From the NCBI GenBank assembly GCA_964244895.1, contig CAXTKV010000138.1:1-14651 (forward strand): a DNA stretch of 14,651 bases, given 5' to 3'. Each line of letters opens with the position of its first letter. Positions within the stretch are counted from its first letter, which is position 1. The translations under genes were made by a program, and so were the position numbers. Shown here piece after piece: positions 1 through 6,537 of the stretch. A model generated the notes under the pieces. That model saw only the letters and a list, made by a program, of their open reading frames with translations. It had not been told where the DNA came from and did no database searches. Source of the DNA: an uncultured Deinococcales bacterium. Its GTDB lineage: Bacteria > Deinococcota > Deinococci > Deinococcales > JAAFIG01.

Positions 1-741
1 GACCAACGCAATTTCTTCATGTGTGAAACCCAGGCTTTCGATGTACCGATCCGGGTACGCCTTGAGGTAATGGTGAATGATCACGTCGGCGCGGGCGTAG
101 CTGATACCCAGATTGGACTCATCCGTCTGCCCGACCTCGAGATCGGCGCTCGGGGCCTTGTCGATCACGGCGTGCGGCAAGTCCAGGTGCCGCGCCAGAC
201 CCCAGACTTGCGTTTTCAGCAGATCTCCGAGCGGGCTGACTGGGCCCGTGTCCGCGATGTCGTGCCAGGTGTAGTACCCGAACAGACGCTCCGTTTTATT
301 GCCCGTCCCGAGGTGAATCGCGCGGTGCTGTTCGGCCATGTCGAAACCGACGATGGTGCGGGCGCGCGCCATGACGTTGCCTCTGCGGCGCGCGTCGATC
401 TCCGGGATTTGCGCGCAGTACGATTCGACCATGCCCGTGATGTCGATGGTCTCGAGCCCGATCCCGAGCGCGTCCGCCACGATTTTGGCGTCGCTCAGGC
501 TGGACGGGGACGATTGCTTGTGCGGCATCCGGATGGCGATCACGTTTTCCGGGCCGAACGCCTTGACGGACAGCGCCGCCACCACGGCGGAATCCACGCC
601 GCCGGACAACCCCAGCACGACCCGGCCAAACCCTTTGACGCGCGTCACTTCTTCCTTGAGGAATTCGACCAGCACGCGCTCGACCAGCGCGTAGTTCAGT
701 TCAATGGATTCGCCGATCTGGGCGGGCTTGATGGTTTGCAT
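1..741 (-). CDS. nadE: NAD+ synthetase, synthetase-only subunit (3' end runs off the window)
   Basis: Not in the ORF track. Manual translation from ATG 741 gives MQTIKPAQIGESIELNYALVERVLVEFLKEEV...VVLGLSGGVDSAVVA (PP-loop SGGxDS)...RGNVMARAR...GTGNKTERLFGYYTWHD...PLGDLLKTQVW...KAPSADLEVGQTDE. The frame is open to position 1. GAGGT SD-like sequence upstream. Confidence 0.95.
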   Translation of the reverse strand, partial: MQTIKPAQIGESIELNYALVERVLVEFLKEEVTRVKGFGRVVLGLSGGVDSAVVAALSVKAFGPENVIAIRMPHKQSSPSSLSDAKIVADALGIGLETIDITGMVESYCAQIPEIDARRRGNVMARARTIVGFDMAEQHRAIHLGTGNKTERLFGYYTWHDIADTGPVSPLGDLLKTQVWGLARHLDLPHAVIDKAPSADLEVGQTDESNLGISYARADVIIHHYLKAYPDRYIESLGFTHEEIALV

Positions 742-812
742 GGGGAATCGACCTCAGGTTTCTGCTGGAGGGTTTGTTCAAAATAACGTCTGGGACGGTA
801 TTCTTGGAACGG

Positions 813-1715
813 CTACCTGAGCGCTTCCTCGAGTGAAGCCATGACGCGCGGCAGGTTGGCGTGCAAGTCGGAGAGCAGCGGGTTCTCGTAGCGGGCGGGT
901 TGGATCTCATCCAGGTTGACATCGGCCAGGATCACAGCGTCCTCCAGGATCGGGGCGCGGACGATCACATGCCCGCGCGGGTGGATCAGGGCGCTCGCGC
1001 CCATCAAGCCCTTGCCGCCCTCGAATCCGGGCAGGGAGCTGAGCGCCAGGAACACGCCGTGTTCGGCGGCGATACCGCGCACGAGGTTGTGCCAGTACGC
1101 GACATTGGCGGGTTCCGCCGCCTCGAGCCCTCGGATCGGGCTGGCGGACGGCACGTAGATCACTTCGGCCCCTTTTAAAGCGCAGATGGTCGAGGAGATC
1201 GTGTGCCAGGCGTCCTCGCAGATGATCATGGCAGCCCGCCCGAAGCGCGTATCGAAGGCATCGAAGCGATCCCCCCTGGACTGATAGCGCTCCTCATCGA
1301 ACACGCCGTAGGTCGGCAAAAAGACCTTACGGTGGACGTGCCGGATGCCCGGATCGAACAGGTCGCCCGCGCGGGCTTCACCGAACTGCGCGTAGATGCT
1401 CGAGTTGAAGTAGTCGTTCTCTGAACGCTCGAAGAAGCCCGCCACGACATCCAGAGGTTCGGACCAGGCCTCGGACACGACGGCCTCGAGTTCGCCGTAG
1501 AAATCCTGGCTGGTGACGGCCAGCTCGCGCACACCGCCCTGCAGGAAGTACCCGGTAAAAGCACCTTCCGGCAGCACGACCACGTCCACCGCTTCGCCCG
1601 CGCTGCGCAGCTCCGTCAACGCTCGCCGGAAGCGCTCGAGGTTGTCTTTTCGTTTGCCCTTGGCGGGTTTCATCTGAAGAATCGCGTGTTTGACGACTCG
1701 GGGTGAAGCATTCAT
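813..1715 (-). CDS. Nitrilase-superfamily amidohydrolase, probable glutaminase subunit of a two-subunit Gln-dependent NAD synthetase
   Basis: E-K-C triad motifs LPEGAFTGY, HRKVFLPTYGVFDEERY and ICEDAWH, typical of the NAD synthetase glutaminase branch. Directly upstream of nadE on the same strand. Start moved from 1766 to ATG 1715 because TAGAAT lies 7 nt upstream. Confidence 0.88.
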   Translation of the reverse strand: MNASPRVVKHAILQMKPAKGKRKDNLERFRRALTELRSAGEAVDVVVLPEGAFTGYFLQGGVRELAVTSQDFYGELEAVVSEAWSEPLDVVAGFFERSENDYFNSSIYAQFGEARAGDLFDPGIRHVHRKVFLPTYGVFDEERYQSRGDRFDAFDTRFGRAAMIICEDAWHTISSTICALKGAEVIYVPSASPIRGLEAAEPANVAYWHNLVRGIAAEHGVFLALSSLPGFEGGKGLMGASALIHPRGHVIVRAPILEDAVILADVNLDEIQPARYENPLLSDLHANLPRVMASLEEALR

Positions 1716-1722
1716 GCGGCCA

Positions 1723-1728
1723 ATTCTA
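1723..1728 (-). promoter_or_regulatory. -10 element (TAGAAT) of a probable leaderless glutaminase-nadE transcript
   Basis: TAGAAT-N7-ATG on the minus strand, with no SD. Confidence 0.6.
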
Positions 1729-1840
1729 CGTCCGATGAGCGACCGAGAACGCTTTTCTCGCGACATGTCGCGTCACTCAAGTATCTCGATTGGCCCACCG
1801 GGTCCATTCGTCGCACCGGTCAGTGATTCAGCGCGGTCAA

Positions 1841-1872
1841 CTCGAGAACGCCGTCCTGGACGGTCTCTCGAG
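1841..1872. repeat. Short palindromic member of the dispersed GTRCTGGACGGY repeat family
   Basis: CTCGAGA-ac-GCCGTCC-t-GGACGGT-c-TCTCGAG; shares GAAC.CCGTCC and CTGGACGGT with 8501-8548. Confidence 0.6.
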
Positions 1873-1969
1873 GATCGAATCGCGATGGCTCGAGCCGCCG
1901 ACGCCAGTGATCATATTTCTAATTTGTAAGAGATCGGAAAGTCATCATGAATCACACTGGGATCACGAC

Positions 1970-2019
1970 CGGAGCGGGCGGCCATCTCGTCGTGAGTGGC
2001 CGCCTCCGAGCCAGGAGGC
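1970..2019 (+). promoter_or_regulatory. Structured 5' UTR and SD (AGGAGG 2013-2018) of the S8 protease gene
   Basis: Stem GGCGGCCA 1977-1984 / TGGCCGCC 1997-2004. Alternative pairing GCCTCC 2002-2007 / GGAGGC 2014-2019. Confidence 0.5.
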
Positions 2020-2023
2020 ACTC

Positions 2024-3364
2024 TTGAACAGCGATACCCCTTTCCCCCAATTCAGGAAAAGACACCAATCCGTGGCCCTCGTGATTGCGACGAGCCTGAG
2101 CTTGGCTGCCTGCAACAATGCCGTTTCCGTACCCCCGCAAGAAGCCTCCGTCCAGCGGTTCAACTTCACCACCAGCGTCACCGTCGCTGCATCAGACACC
2201 CGCGCGAGCATCGAGGGGCGCTACGGCGGTCAGGTCATCGTCTGGCATCCGGAGTCGGGATTCGCCATTCTCGGCCTGGATAGGCTCGCCGTCCGGGATT
2301 CGCAACTCGCCGCAGCCGCCGTCTCGAATACCAGCCCGAACCAGGACGCGCTCGCCATTCCCGAAACCGTCAGCGGCTCAGGCTGGTCCGCGTGGGCTGG
2401 CGGTTGGTCCGCCTGGGCTGGTGGATGGTCCGCTTGGGCGGGAGGTTGGTCCGCCTGGGCGGGCGGTATCGCCACGCCGACGACCTTCGGTGAAAACATT
2501 CCTGACTGGCAACTGATCAGCCTCGAGGCGGGTCAAAAACTGGCTCCGAACTATGGAGCGGGCGTCAAGGTCGCGGTCATCGACACGGGCATCGATCTCA
2601 AGCATCCGGCCTTCATCGGACATCTCGCACCAAAAACCGAGTGGAAAGATTTCGTTGATGGCGACGCCAAACCCCAGGAAGTCGGGGCGGTCGGCGATGT
2701 CGGATACGGGCACGGAACGGGAGTGGCCGGAATCGTCTTGCAGGTCGCACCGAACGCCACCATCCTGCCGATCCGCGTCCTCGACGCCAGCGGACAGGGC
2801 GATCTGGACAAGGTCGTGAGCGCCATCGACTGGGCCATCCAGAAAGGCGCGACGGTCATCAACCTCTCTCTCGGCAGCACCCAGAGCCAGCCATCGCTCG
2901 AGCAGGAACTGAAATACGCCTCTTCCAAACAGGTCATCGTGGTGGCGGCGACGGGCAATACGGGCGACGAAAACGTCACCTTCCCAGCCAGATTTGGGCT
3001 CGACCTGAAGTCCGGTTGGAACGTCGTCGGCGTGGCCAGCGTCAATGCCGACGGCAAGAAATCGAGCTTCTCGACCTATGGAACGGGTGTGGCCGTGACC
3101 GCTCCGGGCGAGAACCTGTACACCGCCGCGCCCGGCAATCGTCTCGCCAGCATGAGCGGCACCTCGATGGCAACCCCGGTCATCGCGGGTCTTCTGGCGC
3201 TGGCCATCGGCGAACACCCCGGCATCGACAAGACCAAGCTCGGGTTGTCCATCGACTTGGCGGGGCAGCTTTACAAGTCCAACCTTGTGAACCCCGACTA
3301 CAAGTTCAAACTCGGCATGGGCTTTCCAAATGTGGAGCTGTTCTTGAAACTTGCCGCGTTGTAA
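2024..3364 (+). CDS. S8 (subtilisin-like) serine peptidase, predicted lipoprotein, with Trp/Gly repeat linker
   Basis: AGGAGG 5 nt before in-frame TTG 2024. Signal with lipobox ...RKRHQSVALVIATSLSLAA-C. Catalytic motifs VAVIDTGID (Asp), GHGTGVAG (His), AATGN (oxyanion Asn) and GTSMATP (Ser). Confidence 0.93.
   Translation: MNSDTPFPQFRKRHQSVALVIATSLSLAACNNAVSVPPQEASVQRFNFTTSVTVAASDTRASIEGRYGGQVIVWHPESGFAILGLDRLAVRDSQLAAAAVSNTSPNQDALAIPETVSGSGWSAWAGGWSAWAGGWSAWAGGWSAWAGGIATPTTFGENIPDWQLISLEAGQKLAPNYGAGVKVAVIDTGIDLKHPAFIGHLAPKTEWKDFVDGDAKPQEVGAVGDVGYGHGTGVAGIVLQVAPNATILPIRVLDASGQGDLDKVVSAIDWAIQKGATVINLSLGSTQSQPSLEQELKYASSKQVIVVAATGNTGDENVTFPARFGLDLKSGWNVVGVASVNADGKKSSFSTYGTGVAVTAPGENLYTAAPGNRLASMSGTSMATPVIAGLLALAIGEHPGIDKTKLGLSIDLAGQLYKSNLVNPDYKFKLGMGFPNVELFLKLAAL
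2381..2464 (+). repeat. Coding tandem repeat, 4 x 21 nt, encoding (GWSAWAG)4
   Basis: GGCTGGTCCGCGTGGGCTGGC / GGTTGGTCCGCCTGGGCTGGT / GGATGGTCCGCTTGGGCGGGA / GGTTGGTCCGCCTGGGCGGGC. All differences between units are synonymous third-position changes. Confidence 0.95.
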
Positions 3365-3494
3365 ATTCACTGGATTTCCTGGATCAGTCGCGTAATCTGA
3401 AGGTCAGTATGTCGACTCCATCGGGAAAATCCGATTCCCCAACCGCACGGTACGCTTCCAGATCCCGCGCGGCGAGCGACTAAGTTAGGGTCGC

Positions 3495-5345
3495 ATGGAG
3501 TCCACCTTGAACGCCAGCGCGATCATGGATGCTCAAACCCGGACTGAGGGAAGCCCCATCAGTCCGGTCGATCTGTGGACTGCCGGTCGGAGCCGCTATC
3601 AGTCCACGGATTTTGAAGCCGCTCGCGCCCTTTTCGCCGCCGCGCTCGAGCATTTCGGCGCGAGCGGCGAGCGACGTTCGTACACGCAGTGTCTGGTGGA
3701 TGCCGCCCGAGTCGAGATTCGCACCGGCCACCTCGACCGTGCCCGCCCAATGCTCGAGCGTGCCCTCCTAGAAAGCCGCCAGTCCGGGGACAAACCCTGC
3801 GAATCGGACGCGCTCAACACGCTCGGCAACCTGCACAACCTGACGGGCGATCCCAGGGGGGCGCTCGCGCTGCTCGAACGCGTACTCGAGATCAAACGCG
3901 AACTCGGCGATAACGAGGGATGGGCCAATACCCTGAACAACATCGGCATCGTCCATACCGACATGGGCGAGTACCATCGCGCGCTTGAGGCGTTGTTCGA
4001 AGGCTACAAACGCTCCGAATTGCACGATTTGCCCTCGCGGGGCATCTGCCTTCTGAACATCGGGAACGTTTACCACGCACTCGGTGAACTCAACGAGGCG
4101 CTCTCGTTTTTCAACAAGGGACTGACCTTCGCGCGGTCGCACGCCAGCGTGCCGATCGAAATCGAATGCCGCGTCAACATCGCCATCGTGCATCTCGAGC
4201 TCGGTGATGACCAACGCGCACTGCGGATGTTCGCCGAGGCCGTATCGCTCAGCCAGAAGGCCAGCTACCCGCGCTACCTGGCGATCGCCCTGAAATCCAT
4301 GGGCGAGATCCACCTCCGGCTCGGCCAGTGGGAAGCGGCCCTCAACTACCTCGAGCGTTCGCTCGGCCCCGCTCAGGAATCCGGCGATGTTCAGCTTCTG
4401 GCGGACACGATGGTTCACCTCGGTCTGGCGCACCTGCGCGCCTCGAGGACCGTGAACGCCTTCGAGTGCCTGCTCGAGGCTCTAAAGCTGATCGAGCAGT
4501 CGGACAGCCACCAGTCGCTCTCGAAATGCCATCTGGCGCTTTCTGAAGCCTACGAGGTGGTTCACGACCCCGAGCGCGCGCTGGCGCATTTCAAACACCA
4601 CCACCGCGTGTCGCAAGAAATCTTCAACCAGGAGATCGAACGCAAAACCCGCTACCTCAAGGTCGAATTCGAGACCGAGCGCGCCCGCACGGAAGCCGAA
4701 ACCTACCGCGTCCGCAACGAGGTGATCGAGCAGGCCAACACGATGCTCGAGGCCAAGGTGCTCGAGCGCACCGCCGAACTCGAGGAATCGCAGCTCGAAA
4801 CATTGAATCGCCTGGCCCTGGCCGCCGAGTTCCGCGACGACGAAACGGGCCATCACACAGCCCGCGTCGGACAACTCTCGGCCCGGATGGCGCAGCAACT
4901 GGGCATGTCGGAGGATCAGGTGCGCCTGATCCAGCTGGCGGCGCGGCTTCACGACGTGGGCAAGCTCGGCATCTCGGACGCGATCATGCTCAAACCGGGC
5001 AAACTGAGCCAGGACGAGTTCCAGACGATGAAAATGCACGCGCATATCGGCGCGAAGATCCTCTCCGGCGGCAAGTCTCACATGATCCAGATGGCTGAAC
5101 GGATCGCGCTGACCCACCACGAACGCTGGAACGGTCAGGGCTACCCGCACGGTCTTCGCGGAGATGACATTCCGCTCGAGGGCCGGATCGTGGCCGTGGC
5201 CGATGTCTACGATGCGCTGATCTCCGAACGCCCGTACAAGCGCGCCTGGTCGCACGAGGAAGCCATCGAGGAGATCACGCAGCAGTCCGGCGCATTCTTC
5301 GATCCTCGCGTGGTCGCCGCGTTCCTGAAGCTGATGCGCGTCTGA
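3495..5345 (+). CDS. TPR-repeat + signalling helix + HD-GYP cyclic di-GMP phosphodiesterase
   Basis: About 7-8 TPR-like repeats (ALNTLGNLH, TLNNIGIVH, CLLNIGNVY, CRVNIAIVH, ALKSMGEIH...). Coiled linker with VLERTAEL. HD-GYP motifs ETGHHTARV, LHDVGK, HHERWNGQGYP and VADVYDAL..ERPYK. Confidence 0.93.
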   Translation: MESTLNASAIMDAQTRTEGSPISPVDLWTAGRSRYQSTDFEAARALFAAALEHFGASGERRSYTQCLVDAARVEIRTGHLDRARPMLERALLESRQSGDKPCESDALNTLGNLHNLTGDPRGALALLERVLEIKRELGDNEGWANTLNNIGIVHTDMGEYHRALEALFEGYKRSELHDLPSRGICLLNIGNVYHALGELNEALSFFNKGLTFARSHASVPIEIECRVNIAIVHLELGDDQRALRMFAEAVSLSQKASYPRYLAIALKSMGEIHLRLGQWEAALNYLERSLGPAQESGDVQLLADTMVHLGLAHLRASRTVNAFECLLEALKLIEQSDSHQSLSKCHLALSEAYEVVHDPERALAHFKHHHRVSQEIFNQEIERKTRYLKVEFETERARTEAETYRVRNEVIEQANTMLEAKVLERTAELEESQLETLNRLALAAEFRDDETGHHTARVGQLSARMAQQLGMSEDQVRLIQLAARLHDVGKLGISDAIMLKPGKLSQDEFQTMKMHAHIGAKILSGGKSHMIQMAERIALTHHERWNGQGYPHGLRGDDIPLEGRIVAVADVYDALISERPYKRAWSHEEAIEEITQQSGAFFDPRVVAAFLKLMRV

Positions 5346-5441
5346 GCCTAGAACCTCGACTCGATCACCGCTTTCAAGGACTGATGTTCTTCAAGACATG
5401 ACTGGCTCCCGATGACTGGAGAGCGCCGGGTATTGTGAACC

Positions 5442-6083
5442 ATGATCGAACCCGATCACCTCGTGATCGCAGCGAAAACCCTCGATGAGGGCGCGCGCTA
5501 CGTACTCCTCAGGCTCGGTGTGGAACCATCCGGTGGCGGAAAGCACGCGCGCATGGGGACGCACAACCGGCTGCTGGGATTGGGGTCGGGCGCGTATCTC
5601 GAGGTCATCGCCATTGACCCGGACGGGAGCGCCCCGTTCCAGCCCCGCTGGTTCGGACTGGACGATCCCGAAATGCGTGAATCGCTCGAGGCTGGCCCCA
5701 GGTTGATTCACTGGGTCGCGCGGACGGACAACGTGGTGCGCGATGCCCCGGCGAGCCTCGAGCCGTTGGGCAGAATTCACCCGATGGAGCGCGGGGATTA
5801 CAAATGGCGCATCACGATCCCGGATGATGGTCATTTGCCCGGTGACGGGATCGTGCCGACGCTGATCCAGTGGGACGCGCAGACGCGCCCGTCGGAGGCG
5901 CTCCCGGACTCCGGATTGAGATTGCTCAGGCTCGAGGGAACCCACCCACAACCGGGCCGCATCCGCGAGGCGCTCGTGACCCTCAGGCTCGAGAGGACGC
6001 TCGAGCTTCGAGACGGGGCGGAACCCAGGCTCGAGGCGCACGTGCTGACCCCGGACGGCTCAGTTATCCTGGGGCGTCACTGA
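5442..6083 (+). CDS. VOC / glyoxalase-like (Glyoxalase_3) family protein
   Basis: DHLVIAA...GGKHARMGTHNRLLGLG..YLEVIAIDP...RWFGLD...PRLIHWVART and PTLIQW. TATTGT-N5-ATG suggests a leaderless start. Confidence 0.85.
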   Translation: MIEPDHLVIAAKTLDEGARYVLLRLGVEPSGGGKHARMGTHNRLLGLGSGAYLEVIAIDPDGSAPFQPRWFGLDDPEMRESLEAGPRLIHWVARTDNVVRDAPASLEPLGRIHPMERGDYKWRITIPDDGHLPGDGIVPTLIQWDAQTRPSEALPDSGLRLLRLEGTHPQPGRIREALVTLRLERTLELRDGAEPRLEAHVLTPDGSVILGRH

Positions 6084-6092
6084 GCTGCACGA

Positions 6093-6316
6093 ACCGAACA
6101 CCGTCCTGCACACGTTTCAAAATTCGCGTACTGGAGAGCGAATTGCCCGGTCGCGATCTCGCCCGTCAGCTCCGCAAGCCCGTCAGGTGCTATCTGAAGC
6201 GGCAAGAAGGTGCATCTTGAGATCGAGCCCGTCAGGTGCGTCTTGCAATCAAGAAGGTGCATGTTCAAAATCAAGAAGATGCTGTTCGTTGCTCGAGAAC
6301 GGTGTTTCTTTCGCCC
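6093..6316 (+). repeat. Mosaic intergenic repeat element, copy A (imperfect palindrome plus ~21-26 nt modules)
   Basis: GAACACCGTCCTGCACACG...CGCGTACTGGAG, followed by GCCCGTCAG(GTGC) at 6161, 6178 and 6227 and CAAGAAG(G/A)TGC at 6203, 6250 and 6272. Aligns by eye with the reverse complement of 10510-10720. Confidence 0.75.
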
Positions 6317-6337
6317 TCGAGCATCCTCGGGAAGCCG

Positions 6338-6346
6338 TGGTAGACT
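6338..6346 (+). promoter_or_regulatory. Extended -10 promoter (TGgTAGACT) for thrS
   Basis: TG-n-TAGACT about 190 nt upstream of the thrS ATG. Confidence 0.55.
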
Positions 6347-6382
6347 GACATTCGCTCGGAAAGTCCTCGAGCCGCGACGACC

Positions 6383-6448
6383 ATGAACCTGCCTCTCTCC
6401 CACTCGAACAAGACTGTTTTCTGGACGCGAACCCCCGCGCGGGGGTAG
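6383..6448 (+). CDS. Putative thrS leader peptide MNLPLSHSNKTVFWTRTPARG
   Basis: 21-codon uORF with Thr codons ACT, ACG and ACC at codons 11, 15 and 17, inside a structured leader. It has no clear SD. Confidence 0.35.
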   Translation: MNLPLSHSNKTVFWTRTPARG

Positions 6449-6537
6449 ATTTCTCGCGTTTGCTGCGCGCCCGACGCAAACCCTCCAGGCGCGCCACCCG
6501 GAACCGACACTCTCGAGCTACAGGAAGAGGTTTTTTC

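Noticed and set aside
19..786. 255-aa plus-strand ORF
   Set aside because: Antisense shadow of nadE, whose motifs are clear on the minus strand.
1790..2023. N-terminal extension of the S8 ORF
   Set aside because: It runs through the intergenic palindrome and the AT-rich promoter zone. The SD + TTG 2024 + lipoprotein signal define a better start.
3409..3483. 24-aa sORF MSTPSGKSDSPTARYASRSRAASD between the S8 and TPR-HD-GYP genes, as a Phr-like propeptide
   Set aside because: No hydrophobic signal region, only a weak GAAGG SD, and low-complexity composition. It cannot be supported without conservation data.
6161..6290. CRISPR-like array in the repeat modules (also considered for 10551-10624 and 14371-14442)
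   Set aside because: Repeats are short, degenerate or directly abutting, without unique 25-45 nt spacers. No cas genes in the window.
765..6488. Shared 12-mer CAAACCCTCCAG upstream of nadE (765-776, -) and thrS (6477-6488, +)
   Set aside because: A single 12-mer match that overlaps the degenerate repeat core; plausible by chance.
6472..6490. GACGCAAACCCTCCAGG resembling part of a c-di-GMP-I (GEMM) riboswitch
   Set aside because: The upstream GGCAAACC..GAAA..GG P2 element is missing.
6350..6537. T-box riboswitch upstream of thrS
   Set aside because: No GGTGGnACCGCG antiterminator on the sense strand and no U-tailed terminator preceded by a T-box.
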